Of a stretch of 53,391 bases of DNA, positions 32,227 to 43,240 are shown piece after piece; position 1 is the stretch's first letter; the number at the start of each line of letters is the position of its first letter. Below the pieces are notes generated by a model. It searched no databases. It saw only the letters and a program-made list of their open reading frames with translations, and was not told where the DNA came from. The translations under genes were made by a program, and so were the position numbers. Origin of the DNA: Histomonas meleagridis 2922-C6/04-290x (lineage: Eukaryota; Protista; Parabasalia); NCBI GenBank assembly GCA_020184695.1, contig JAANOX010000262.1, positions 1 to 53,391 on the forward strand. Reading direction: 5' to 3'.

Positions 32227-33795
32227 TTAATCTGACTCCATTATGGAAACAAAGTCGGAATCAACTTCATCTAATTCATCACTGTTCACTTCGCCATAAC
32301 TTTTGGTATCTTCTGTGAAATCTTCGACATCAGAAAACTCGTCATCTACAGTAGAACTACTTCGGCTTTTTGTTTGCGAGCTTTTCATAACTTCAACAAA
32401 ATCATCATCGATTTTCGATTTATTGACTGAATTAGTTTCACTAAAATCGTCAATCGAAATTGTGTTCTTTGATTTGCTTTGTGATTTAATGAATTCATCA
32501 CTAGAAGAATTCTTATTTGTTTTATCATATTTAGAATCAATATCAGTAAAATCATCATCAATAGATATTGTTTCATTTGTTTTACTTTGCTTATTAATGC
32601 TTTTACTTGATGAATTTGTTTTTGCTTTATCATATTTAGAATCAATATCAGTAAAATCATCATCAATAGATATTGTTTCATTTGTTTTACTTTGCTTATT
32701 AATGCTTTTACTTGATGAATTTGTTTTTGCTTTATCATATTTAGAATCAATATCAGTAAAATCATCATCAATAGATATTGTTTCATTTGTTTTACTTTGC
32801 TTATTAATGCTTTTACTTGATGAATTTGTTTTTGCTTTATCATATTTAGAATCAATATCAGTAAAATCATCATCAATAGATATTGTTTCATTTGTTTTGC
32901 TTGGTGTGTCAATGAAATCGTCTGTTGTAACTCTTTTTGATTTACTAATAATATTAGTGAAATTGTCTTCAATTAAAATTGAACTCTTTGAGTTATTTTT
33001 TCGATTAGAGAATGAGCTAATTGAAGAACTTTTCTTTGAGGGAATTTTAGAGTCAACTTCAGTAAAATCATCATCAATTGCAATTTCTTTTCTTGTCTTA
33101 GTATATGAATTTGATATTTCTTTATTATCATATGAATCTGTAAATGATGAACTGTTTGAATAACCAAAAGAATTGAATTGTTTTCCAGTATTTTTTTGTG
33201 ATTGTTTCTGACTTTTTTTAATATCAATTTTAGTTTCTGTATTCGTTTGATTGTTAGCATATTTATTTTGCTTTGCATTTTTAACAGATTGAATTGTTGG
33301 CTCAAAAATATTTTCCTTTTCCAAAATTTTACTAAGTGGACGAGATACTATTATTTCAACATTTTGTAAATGTTCTGTTCCTGGGTAATAAATAACTTTT
33401 GTATCGAAAGAAAGTTTTGCAATTATTTCTTTTTGATAATTTTTAAACATGGAATTAAGATGTACAATAGAACCAGAACCACACATTTTTAATGAATTTC
33501 CTATTAATGATTTGAATTCATATGTACAAGTTGAAATTGGAACTTTATCTTTAGTCATCATAAGATTTATAGCAACGGGGAAAGTCCTAGCGACATCAAA
33601 TATATTTGTTGTAAACATTATTCGCTTAGTTTTGTTTATATTCAATGATGAATTTTCATCAATTTTACCTTGGGAAGTCCAAAGAATTTCAGGCATACCT
33701 TTTGAGATTGTTGCTGATATACAAACTGAAGGTGCATTTATATTGGAAAATTCAATTTTATTTAGGGAAATATCGACCGAGAAAACGATGGACAT
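32227..33795 (-). CDS. Hypothetical protein: folded beta-rich N-domain (possibly C2-like) plus S/D/K-rich tandem repeats
   Basis: 522 aa ORF; ~140 aa globular N-terminus followed by a low-complexity region with 35-aa repeats. Confidence 0.75.
   Translation of the reverse strand: MSIVFSVDISLNKIEFSNINAPSVCISATISKGMPEILWTSQGKIDENSSLNINKTKRIMFTTNIFDVARTFPVAINLMMTKDKVPISTCTYEFKSLIGNSLKMCGSGSIVHLNSMFKNYQKEIIAKLSFDTKVIYYPGTEHLQNVEIIVSRPLSKILEKENIFEPTIQSVKNAKQNKYANNQTNTETKIDIKKSQKQSQKNTGKQFNSFGYSNSSSFTDSYDNKEISNSYTKTRKEIAIDDDFTEVDSKIPSKKSSSISSFSNRKNNSKSSILIEDNFTNIISKSKRVTTDDFIDTPSKTNETISIDDDFTDIDSKYDKAKTNSSSKSINKQSKTNETISIDDDFTDIDSKYDKAKTNSSSKSINKQSKTNETISIDDDFTDIDSKYDKAKTNSSSKSINKQSKTNETISIDDDFTDIDSKYDKTNKNSSSDEFIKSQSKSKNTISIDDFSETNSVNKSKIDDDFVEVMKSSQTKSRSSSTVDDEFSDVEDFTEDTKSYGEVNSDELDEVDSDFVSIMESD
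32521..32898 (-). repeat. Perfect 105-bp coding tandem repeat, 3.6 copies
   Basis: TTTATCATATTTAGAATC recurs at 32521, 32626, 32731 and 32836; encodes SKTNETISIDDDFTDIDSKYDKAKTNSSSKSINKQ. Confidence 0.95.
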
Positions 33796-33827
33796 AGGAA
33801 ATTACAAACGTACACTTGAAGAGATAT

Positions 33828-33850
33828 CCGTTAAGCTTAACGGCCGTTGA
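33828..33850. promoter_or_regulatory. Palindromic cluster of Myb-type (AACGG/CCGTT) sites between divergent genes
   Basis: Perfect 16-bp palindrome CCGTTAAGCTTAACGG (33828-33843) overlapping AACGGCCGTT (33839-33848). Confidence 0.5.
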
Positions 33851-34130
33851 AAATTCAATACCATTTTTTCAAAAAACGGTTTTTTGTGGGTTACGCAAGT
33901 CTGACTTCTTCAGGCTGATGATTATTTTGTTAAATAAAGGTACAATTAAAAAACATTTGGTAAAAAATATCAACACTTTTGAAATTTTTGGTTTTTATAA
34001 GGTGAAGAACTACTTCTTTTGTATGGATAAGAACTTGTTTTACATTGTGGCGAAAAGTTTTTTTGAGCTCCATTTGAACAAAAGAAGTTATTTCAATTCA
34101 AGTTTTTGAGTAAAAAGTGACAATATCGAA

Positions 34131-36848
34131 ATGAATCGAAATGTGAATATAAATCAATTTTTTACACCCATATCTGAATATGAAATAGGCCAATGTATAG
34201 GATCTGGGACTTCTGCCCGGGTATATATTGCAAAAAAGAAAAGTACAAATGAAATTGTTGCATTGAAAATACTCAAGTCAAACTTTCTTGATGAAATCAA
34301 TAAAAAACAATTTGTACGTGAAGTAGAAGCAATGGCTTACATTCAACACCCTGCAATAATTGGATTAAAAGGATATTCAGTACCAGCCGTTGATAGCATG
34401 GATACACCAACAATCGCTACAGAATACATGAAAAACGGAACACTTTTGGATATCCTTATGGCAGAACGAAATGGTCGTGCTCCAAGAGGTTGGGGTTCCA
34501 CACAAAAGTCGATTGTAATGTTTGGTGTTGCTGCAGGGATGATGTGTATTCATCGATGCAATGGAATTCACCGTGACCTTAAGCCGGCCAATATTCTTTT
34601 AGACGAAAACTATGAGCCACGAATTGCAGATTTTGGATTATCAAAAATACAGAACTCAGAAGCTTTACAATCAATAGTTGGTGGCACACCACTATGGATG
34701 GCCCCCGAACTCTTTCTTGAAACTCAATACACAAACAAAGTCGACGTTTTTGCATATGGAATGATACTTTACCAAATGCTCACAGATCGCCTTCCATTTG
34801 ACGGCAAACTTAATCCACTTCAAATAGGAAACGCAATCCTTAACAACGAACGACCTGAAATCTCAGGAAATGTTCCGCAATTTTTTTCGAATCTGATTTG
34901 CGAATGTTGGAGCCAGAACCCTGCAGATCGCCCGACATTCGATGACATTGTCTTCAAACTCGCCAACACCCACACAATCATCATTGGAACTAACATTCCA
35001 CGATACAAACAATATCAATCTCGGATTCTTCAAACTATGCAACCACAGCCCTCAGCAGAGCTTCTATCCCAAGTAGAATCACAACAACAGTCATTCAACA
35101 ACAATTTTCAACAAACAAATTATTCAAATAATAATTCATATCAACAACAGCAACAACAAAGTCAGACTCAGCAGCAGCCCCAAAAGCAACACCACAAGCC
35201 ATCGTTGAAACAAATGGCAAAAAGAGGAGATATCAATGCAATGTACAAATATGGTGTCAAACTTATCAAAGCTGGAGACGATCGAAAAGCCGCGCGGTAT
35301 ATAGTGACTGCGGCTCGTAGCGGTCATTTGGACGCTTTAATGCTCTCTGCCAAATTCTATGAAGATGGAAAAGGAGTAACTGCGAATGAGACGCAGGCCG
35401 CTTATTACTATAAGAAAGCTGCGGATGCTGGGAATAAGGAAGCGCAATATAAGTGTGGCGACATTCTTGAGTTTGGAAAAGGTGTTAAGCAGAATATTGA
35501 TAAGGCAATTTATTTCTATAAATTGGCTTCCGAACAGAACCACATTGAGGCAGCTCTGGCTCTTGGCAGAATTTATTCGAAGAATGGAAATTTGCAAGAA
35601 GCGCTTACATATTATGAAAAGGCAGCAAATCTTGGAAACCAAAACGCTGCGTTATTAGCTGGCAAAATAGCAGAGAAGGTTTGCCCTGAAAAAGCGTTGC
35701 AATACTATGAAACAGCCATGAAGCATGGAAGTGTTGAAGCTGCTTATGAATGTGGTTTAATGATAGAAAACGGAATCGGGCAACCGCAAAAAGACATTCA
35801 AAAAGCTCAACAATATTATTCAACCGCTGCGAAAGGGGGGTACCAAAAGGCGATAGACAGATTAAATAGTTTACGGCGTCAGAACAGTCAAGAAAACAAT
35901 GAAAAAACATTAACTATTGAAGACCTTAAAAATCAAGCGGATGCAGGCGATGCAGAAGCTGCTTATAAGGTTGGTGTCTATTTAATGGACAAGCCAAATG
36001 CTTCACAAAACACACTTAGATATGCTGCAATATATCTTAACAAAGCAAATAATGCTGATGCACAATATAGATGCGGACTTTTACTCGAAAAAGGAATGGG
36101 CGTTAAACTCGATCTTCAAAAGGCTGCTTATTTTTATAAGTTAGCTGCTGATAATGGATCGATTGAAGCATTATATCATTTATCGGTTTTATTACATAAT
36201 GGAAATGGGATTCCCAAAGATGAGCAACTTGCGCTCCAATATTTGAAGCTAGCTGCAGACAAAGGCCATCTTAACTCACAATTGTTTTTTGCTTATTACG
36301 CAGAGAACGGTATTGGAATGAACGTTAACCCGCGGTTAGCGGCTACGTACTACAAAATGGCGGCTGATCAGGGCTCCCCAGAGGCGTTGTGTTCACTTGG
36401 CGTGATGGCGCAAACGGGCCGCGGGATGCCCCAAAACCCCACGTTAGCCGCCGAATGTTATCAAAAAGCTGCATCGTTGGGTTACACCTTAGGTCAATAT
36501 AACTATGCAATTATGTTACAGTCAGGGGAAGGAGTCCCCAAGAATTTGGTTGAAGCTGCAAAATACTATAAGTTGGCAGCGGACAAAGGTTATGCGGATG
36601 CACAATGTAATTATGCCATATTAATGTCAAGTAATAATACTGGTTTACAGAAGGATTTAAACGAGGCTAAGTACTACGCAAAGTTATCTGCCGAAGCAGG
36701 TAATGCTACAGGGCAATGTTTATATGCGCAATTATTGATAATCGTCGACAACAACAAAAGCGATGCGATCAAATACTTCAAAATGTCAGCCGCACAAGGG
36801 AATAAGCGAGCACAGCGTAAGCTCCGGGACATGGGAATCGAAAATTGA
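34131..36848 (+). CDS. TKL-family protein kinase with Q/N-rich linker and SEL1-like repeats
   Basis: GSGTSARV, VALK, HRDLKPANILL, DFG, GTPLWMAPE; polyQ linker; many A..YY..AA..G..AQ..YG repeats. Confidence 0.93.
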   Translation: MNRNVNINQFFTPISEYEIGQCIGSGTSARVYIAKKKSTNEIVALKILKSNFLDEINKKQFVREVEAMAYIQHPAIIGLKGYSVPAVDSMDTPTIATEYMKNGTLLDILMAERNGRAPRGWGSTQKSIVMFGVAAGMMCIHRCNGIHRDLKPANILLDENYEPRIADFGLSKIQNSEALQSIVGGTPLWMAPELFLETQYTNKVDVFAYGMILYQMLTDRLPFDGKLNPLQIGNAILNNERPEISGNVPQFFSNLICECWSQNPADRPTFDDIVFKLANTHTIIIGTNIPRYKQYQSRILQTMQPQPSAELLSQVESQQQSFNNNFQQTNYSNNNSYQQQQQQSQTQQQPQKQHHKPSLKQMAKRGDINAMYKYGVKLIKAGDDRKAARYIVTAARSGHLDALMLSAKFYEDGKGVTANETQAAYYYKKAADAGNKEAQYKCGDILEFGKGVKQNIDKAIYFYKLASEQNHIEAALALGRIYSKNGNLQEALTYYEKAANLGNQNAALLAGKIAEKVCPEKALQYYETAMKHGSVEAAYECGLMIENGIGQPQKDIQKAQQYYSTAAKGGYQKAIDRLNSLRRQNSQENNEKTLTIEDLKNQADAGDAEAAYKVGVYLMDKPNASQNTLRYAAIYLNKANNADAQYRCGLLLEKGMGVKLDLQKAAYFYKLAADNGSIEALYHLSVLLHNGNGIPKDEQLALQYLKLAADKGHLNSQLFFAYYAENGIGMNVNPRLAATYYKMAADQGSPEALCSLGVMAQTGRGMPQNPTLAAECYQKAASLGYTLGQYNYAIMLQSGEGVPKNLVEAAKYYKLAADKGYADAQCNYAILMSSNNTGLQKDLNEAKYYAKLSAEAGNATGQCLYAQLLIIVDNNKSDAIKYFKMSAAQGNKRAQRKLRDMGIEN

Positions 36849-36921
36849 TTTATGTAAATGTTATAATACTGTCGTTAAAATGTGTTTGAACAGATACAAT
36901 TTATATTTACTATGAAATAAT

Positions 36922-39738
36922 TCACTCGCCAACGTCCACAGAGAACATTGATCTTCTCTCGACGTTGCCCACAGCATTTGTCACTAATGCCTTAAAACGG
37001 CCAATCGATCCAAAGCAAAGCACAAAGATATATATCGATTTACCACTTTCACACGTCTGCTGAAGTTCTCCTTCCCATAAAACAGAGATATCTTCAACAA
37101 ACTCAAGTGCACATTTGTTCACAGACTCATTCTCAAACTCAATCTTAAGCTCATATATGTGATTGCAGTGAAGGCTGTTGACTGTTTCCCCGTTTTCAAG
37201 CCATGTAACATTCGTTCGTGTTTGATGACTTTCGATGCGAAGGAAAAGTTCTTCATCTACATGCGTAGAACGGGTAACAAGCATCCCTACTCGTCGCGAT
37301 GAGACTGCCCACTCGAAGAACCATTTCGATTCGAGTCGTTGCATGATCGATACACTTTTGGCAACTTTAATACGTTCTTTGGAGGAAAGACTTCTGCCTA
37401 ATTTTTGTTCTTTTTGTCGGGTCATGGCTATGATGCGGCTCTTGTTGGCATCTATATCATTAGTTTGAAGATCTGATAATGAATATGTGGCAATCATTAG
37501 AAGAGGTTCATGAGGGCCAATAAGACCTTCAGTGACTTCTTCTGTGATGTTAGTCTTGTATTGGAATGAACAATGAGAAAGATTTCGAATTTCAAATCCA
37601 ACGCGAATACTCATTGATGGATCAGAAAGATCAGCGACTGGTGGGTTAGCAAGGAAAATGCGTTCGATTGCAAGTCCATCTACGTTATCTAAATATTGCC
37701 TAATATTTTGAGAACATTTGTATTCACTTCCTTCACTCGAAGAAGTAATACGAACTCCCATATATTCGTCTCCTTTATCTGATGTGAACTTACATTTTAT
37801 TTCAGTTTTTTCATTTGGCAATAAAGGTAAAGTTGGAGGAGTTGTAACGACAGCAGTTTCAGGCTGCTGAAATTCGACGGCTAAATCGGTTATTGGGGTA
37901 CTCCCGGAGTTTGTTATCCAAAAAGTGAACTCGTAAACTTCGCCATCGTACAACGATAAGTTGGAAGAAATGGGGAGGTCTGTTTGAAGAATGAAGTGGG
38001 GCACCCTGTCGACCGATCTGAACACCATTTCACTTGGTATTTCAATTATTTGATTTGCGCCGAACAAATTCAATGAAATTGCATCAAATTTGAAATCAGA
38101 AACTTTTGTTGGTTGGAAATGACAATAAATTAATGTTTTCGAATTAGGAAGGAACAATCTTTTACATGGATGGCATATAACATTTTTATCATTTGAACAT
38201 AATTGAATTGAATCAGCGTTAAGTGCAACAGAGAAAGGATTAAAAACTTGGAAACTTATTGAATTAGATTGCCCTACTGGAATAGTTATATCGCTTTCTC
38301 TTTTCTTTTTACCTGGTAAATACGAATATAAGAATACATTTTCTGACTTACCACCGGTATCCTTTATAATGGTGTACGGTAAAGTTTGGAACGTCATTTG
38401 ACAAACCGTAATCGGGAGGTTAATTTTGATGCACTTTGATGTGGTGAGTTCATCGAAAAGAATTTTTTGGTTTTTACGCGTTAATGAAGGCCCAATGTAA
38501 CTTAAAATCTTCGAGATAGCGCTAGATAATATTGTCATGGGTACCTTTTGTTTCTGACTTAACAGATTAGTTAACATTGGAATACAAAGATCTCTTAACT
38601 GAACTATACATGAAGAAGTCGCTTCTGATAATATCGTAACTAATGAGAATGTGATTAGTTGTACATTTATATCCGGTGGAAAGAATTTGGAAAATTGTGA
38701 CGCTATTAATGCCGCTTTTTTTGTCATTTCGATCTTAGTTATACATTTTATTAATGAAAATGCATATAAATAAATATATTCATCTTTCGAATTGTCGATT
38801 ATGTATTGCGTTGTTGGTTGAATTACATCTTTAAATCCATTTATGATGAGTTGCATTCCACAATTTACAACTTTTTCATGGATTTCTGCCTTATGATAAT
38901 AATTCATGGCAATGATTAAACATTTATTAACCTTCCGCAATGAACTAAAGTCCGATAAAGAAGGAGGAATAATCTTAAAGGCGGATGGCAAAGAGACATT
39001 TAAAGGGATCTTACACTTTTTGCATAAACCTTTGTTATTTCTTTCAATGAGTGAAGCAAGTTCATAAAAAGTGCCCAAATAAACGGGCGAATCGGCGGTT
39101 TGCTCAATTCCTTTCTTGATAAATCTCATAGATTCTTTAGGATTACATGATATACCAGTAAGCTCTGCTTTGCATTTTATAATTAGGTTGGGATCTTTAG
39201 AGTCTGATGTTTTGGATTTGATGTTGTTGACAAAAGAAGTTGAGATTATTCGAGAAAGAAATTCTTGGATATATGGAACGGCTATTGATGTGGTAAATGT
39301 TTCAAAACAGAGACATTGAATATCAGAATGATCATTGACAAGAGTATCAGAAGAATGATAAATAACAAAATTTATCGTAGAAATGTTTTGCCAAAGTTTT
39401 AAAAATTGGTTCTGTATTTCAGTAATATTTTTTCGGATTTTGTAGTCAATAAAAACAAGAGTTGTAAATGATTGTAGAAACATATGACATTTTTCATTTT
39501 TGAAAATTTTTTGAAGCATAGTATATTCATTGATGGAACTACATAATATTGGATGTACTCGAAGTACTTGTGGAGGCTTTAAACTATTTGCTGTGTACAA
39601 ATCTGAAATGTTTTTAATGCTTTTACATTCAAGTTCAAAATGACTTTGACATAATTTTTTCATTGTGTTAGCACAATCATCGCTTACCTCGCCAGCAGAT
39701 ACAACAAGAAGTGGGATTGAAAACTGCACATTTTCCAT
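36922..39738 (-). CDS. Probable TRAPP large subunit (TRAPPC9/Trs120-like)
   Basis: 938 aa ORF with an alpha-solenoid N-half and Ig-like C-half (FQVFNPFSVAL, FTFWITNSG, VGFEIRN). Resemblance by recollection only. Confidence 0.5.
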   Translation of the reverse strand: MENVQFSIPLLVVSAGEVSDDCANTMKKLCQSHFELECKSIKNISDLYTANSLKPPQVLRVHPILCSSINEYTMLQKIFKNEKCHMFLQSFTTLVFIDYKIRKNITEIQNQFLKLWQNISTINFVIYHSSDTLVNDHSDIQCLCFETFTTSIAVPYIQEFLSRIISTSFVNNIKSKTSDSKDPNLIIKCKAELTGISCNPKESMRFIKKGIEQTADSPVYLGTFYELASLIERNNKGLCKKCKIPLNVSLPSAFKIIPPSLSDFSSLRKVNKCLIIAMNYYHKAEIHEKVVNCGMQLIINGFKDVIQPTTQYIIDNSKDEYIYLYAFSLIKCITKIEMTKKAALIASQFSKFFPPDINVQLITFSLVTILSEATSSCIVQLRDLCIPMLTNLLSQKQKVPMTILSSAISKILSYIGPSLTRKNQKILFDELTTSKCIKINLPITVCQMTFQTLPYTIIKDTGGKSENVFLYSYLPGKKKRESDITIPVGQSNSISFQVFNPFSVALNADSIQLCSNDKNVICHPCKRLFLPNSKTLIYCHFQPTKVSDFKFDAISLNLFGANQIIEIPSEMVFRSVDRVPHFILQTDLPISSNLSLYDGEVYEFTFWITNSGSTPITDLAVEFQQPETAVVTTPPTLPLLPNEKTEIKCKFTSDKGDEYMGVRITSSSEGSEYKCSQNIRQYLDNVDGLAIERIFLANPPVADLSDPSMSIRVGFEIRNLSHCSFQYKTNITEEVTEGLIGPHEPLLMIATYSLSDLQTNDIDANKSRIIAMTRQKEQKLGRSLSSKERIKVAKSVSIMQRLESKWFFEWAVSSRRVGMLVTRSTHVDEELFLRIESHQTRTNVTWLENGETVNSLHCNHIYELKIEFENESVNKCALEFVEDISVLWEGELQQTCESGKSIYIFVLCFGSIGRFKALVTNAVGNVERRSMFSVDVGE

Positions 39739-40000
39739 TTTGTTTTCTTTCTGTCACTTTTTGATTATGTTTCACATCACTTTTTCGATCCTGCACAAAA
39801 CTCCAAAAAATCCTTTAAAGCGAACTTGCTTTTGTATCTTAATAAAAAATACTGATACAAACTATTTTTATTGATTTGATTTAATTCATCTTATTTTATG
39901 ATTTTCATTCAAAATTCATGTTTTTTATAATAAACGATGAAAATTTTTTTTGGATGTTGTTTATGATATGTAAGAAGATTCAAATATATTTTATTTAGCG

Positions 40001-41179
40001 ATGTTTTGTATTCATTTTCTTTTGAGTTTTCCAAAGATACAAATACCTATTATTAATGGATTAATTCTAACAATGGGTTGTGTTTCATTGGGATTATCGT
40101 TATCATTCACATCTCCAAATATTGAAGAAATAAAAAATAAATACGATTTTTCATCAGACGAAGTTACATTATTCATAGTTGTTTGTTTTATATCAGCTAT
40201 ATTTAGCTCATTGTTTGTTAATATTATTATCAATATTTTAGGAAAAAACAATGCAATAATAATTGCTTCATTTATTGCATTTTCATCATTTATAGGAATT
40301 GCATTTTCACCTTCAAAATATTTACTATATATTATGAGAGCAATTAATGGAATTTCATTAGGTTTCTTTTCAGCAATTATTCCTTCTTTTTTATCTGAAG
40401 TTGCACCTAAAGATAAAAAAGGATTTTTTGGATATATGAATCAGATAGGATGTTGCATTGGTTTTGTACTTACAACTTTTTTAGGATTTTTCTTTAATTA
40501 TAAAGAAAGTTCTGTTTTATGTTCTATTCCTTCAATAATTTTATTTTTTGGTGCATTTTTTATTCCTGTAAAAATCAAACCAATGCATAAAATATCAAAA
40601 TTCAAAGACATAATTGAATGTAAAAAGGAAATGATAATAGTTTTTTTCTTAATGTTTTTTCTTCAGTTTTCTGGAATCAATCCAATTATGTCCAAATTAG
40701 AAACATTAATTATTGAATCCAGAATTAAAACAAATGCAAAAATCATTGCTTTATTAGCTAATATCGTGCAAGTAATATCAACAATACTTTCATCATTTTT
40801 TATTGATAAACTTGGATATAAAATATGTTGGATGACATCAACATTAGGACAATCAATTTCATTTGTCTTAATATTTATCCAACAAAAATTTTCATTATCA
40901 GGAATATTATTTATTTTTGGAATATTTTTGGAACAATTTACATATGGAATAGGTACAGGTCCAATTCCATTTGCTTATGCTGGGGAAATCTTTGATGATT
41001 ATATTAGGGATATGGCTATATGCATTTCTATTTCCTTATCTTGGACGTTAACTTCTTTAGTATGTATGTTATGGCCAATCTTAGAAAAATTAATGAATGA
41101 ATTTATTTATATTTTCTTTGCATTAATTTCAATTTTTTCTATACTGTTTGGGTATTTTGTAATAAAGAAAAAAGTTTAA
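40001..41179 (+). CDS. MFS sugar-porter family transporter
   Basis: Multiple TM helices; SEVAPK..KG, LQFSGINPI, DKLGYK, GTGPIPFAYAGEIF. Confidence 0.85.
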   Translation: MFCIHFLLSFPKIQIPIINGLILTMGCVSLGLSLSFTSPNIEEIKNKYDFSSDEVTLFIVVCFISAIFSSLFVNIIINILGKNNAIIIASFIAFSSFIGIAFSPSKYLLYIMRAINGISLGFFSAIIPSFLSEVAPKDKKGFFGYMNQIGCCIGFVLTTFLGFFFNYKESSVLCSIPSIILFFGAFFIPVKIKPMHKISKFKDIIECKKEMIIVFFLMFFLQFSGINPIMSKLETLIIESRIKTNAKIIALLANIVQVISTILSSFFIDKLGYKICWMTSTLGQSISFVLIFIQQKFSLSGILFIFGIFLEQFTYGIGTGPIPFAYAGEIFDDYIRDMAICISISLSWTLTSLVCMLWPILEKLMNEFIYIFFALISIFSILFGYFVIKKKV

Positions 41180-41302
41180 ACACAAAATAAATATGAAACA
41201 CTTTTTAGCATCACACTATAATTGGTGTTTTTACAAAATCATAATCAAAACATACTTTTAATGAAAAACCTTACAATACTTTATTTAATATATATATATT
41301 AT

Positions 41303-41605
41303 GAAGGTTGTTGATTTTTCTTACAAAGCTTTTTTAGTATTTCTTTGTTATTTTACCAAGATGCATAGTTAAGTAACACTGTGTTATAGTAAGAATAATA
41401 ATTTGAATGGTTAGCAAAAAAAAACTTGAAATAAAAATTCAATAAATTTAAATTTTAAACAAAATAAAATATTTTCAGCATTGACATCAATTTCTTCTTA
41501 CTCAAGAAATAATTTAGCTATTTTAGTACACGAATATAATTGTCAGATATTAAATACATCAAAACAAATAATTTAAAAATTATAATATTATTATTTAAAA
41601 AACAA
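41303..41605 (-). pseudogene. Decayed ankyrin-repeat relic
   Basis: Minus strand reads KIAKLFLE*EEIDVNAEN, then an ~85 nt AT-rich insert, then NTVLLNYASW*NNKEILKSF. Confidence 0.55.
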
Positions 41606-41608
41606 AAG

Positions 41609-43200
41609 TTATTTAGATTGCATACAACATAAAGCTTCATCAGCCTTACATTTCAAACGAAATTCCCTTGTTTTCCCAAATGATAAAATATGGTGAAATG
41701 GAATGGAGTTTATTACCACATTATTATACGTTGAACACCACTTAGCATATTGTAATAAAGTATTAATATAAGTTGCGAATAAATTATCAGTGATATTTTC
41801 ATTTTTTAGGAGTAATATATGTTTTGTTAATTCTATAAATTGTATTATTTGTTTCCTTTCCTTTTTATATTCTCTTTTGGAACTTCCAAATAAAGTTGCA
41901 TAGAAATTCTTTGCATAAGCTTTATAACACATTAATAAAGAAATATAAAATTGATTTGCATAATCAATATCTTGCTGAAGATATGTTTTTATTTTATAAA
42001 TATTGAGAAGATTTTTTAATTTCTTACGAAGACTGTGTAATACCTTGAATGCATTTTGATTGCTTGAAAAAATTTCGAACATAACTGAAATTAACGATAA
42101 GATTTCAACGTTGAAGTGAAGTTCACTCTTATTTGGGGTGCCCGAAATTAGGTCGAACAAAAAATAAAAAATGTCTTCAAAAACAACATTTTCTCTTTTA
42201 ACTCGGCAAACATGAAGTATATTGTATAAACACATAATGATTTTATATTTGAGTCGGGCAATTCAAATGACGGTAAAAGTATTCGAAGAATTAATCCAAT
42301 TTTTTGTTCACTATTATTGGAAAAAAGTTCATCACCTAAAAAAGCAATTCCCGATGGCTTTAATGGAATAAAATAACTTCATGTGTGATTGTAATATCAT
42401 TTAGCGGAGAAAAAAGAAGAAGAAGAATTGAGCTAAAAATCTTGCGACACAATGGAAGTAATTCCAAAGGAACATCGGGTTTCTTTCCATAAGGAATTTT
42501 TGGAAAATTTGCTTTAAGAATTTTTATAAAAATTATTAAATATGAAAGAGTAACATTTGGTTTGTTGGCGTTAAGGATATTATCGGAGATGGTTTGAATT
42601 GATTTTAAACAAGTCTCTTTTCTAACAGCAAATATTTGTGCATATGCCTTGCATGAATTTTTTTGAAGATTTAAATTAGTGCTTTGAGTTTCCTGCGTAA
42701 TAATTTCTTTGATGTCATTAACAAGATTAGTTTCGATTTCAAATTTATGATCTTCATTTAAAATCCTAGAGATAGTAACTACCGAACAACATTTTGTGTT
42801 GATTGAAAAGCTATCATTTTTTACCATGAAAGATAATGCTTTAAGACAATCAATCGGTTTCTTATTAATCATTTGAGTTATTTCTTTGTCTACTTGATTT
42901 TTTATCTCTGGGTCATCGCTGTTAGCATTAGCAAAAAGTGTTTCGAAGTTTTTAATTTTTTCTTCAATTCGAATAAAAATTTCTTCTTCTCTCTCCTTCC
43001 AATTGTATTTTTTCTATGAGCTGCGTCAAAAAGTTACCAAATGTCTTGGATAATTCTGCTCTAAACTTCAATAATTTTTCTTTAAGCAATGAAAATGGTT
43101 TAAAGAGAGTGTGATTAAATCGGTATGCTTTCCCAAAAATGCAAAAATTATTAGCATAAGGCCAACGAATCGTTGTTTTTGAATTTGAGTATTTCTTTTA
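41609..43200 (-). pseudogene. Frameshifted helical-repeat-like gene
   Basis: Track ORFs 41609-42235 and 42360-42872 are joined by shifted frames (FIPLKPSGIAFLGDELFSNNSEQKIGL) and extend upstream (KIKNFETLF, EKLLKFRAELSKTF); at least three lesions. Confidence 0.6.
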
Positions 43201-43240
43201 ATATAAAAATCAATGATAGGAATTAATTAACGTCTTTTTT

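Noticed and set aside
32303-33305. Overlapping antisense and alternate-frame ORFs across the 105-bp repeat
   Set aside because: A stop-free repeat unit with length divisible by three keeps several frames open; shadows of the 522 aa gene.
36290-36500. Locally higher GC in the SEL1 region of the kinase
   Set aside because: Explained by Ala/Gly-rich repeats; no boundary features suggesting an insertion.
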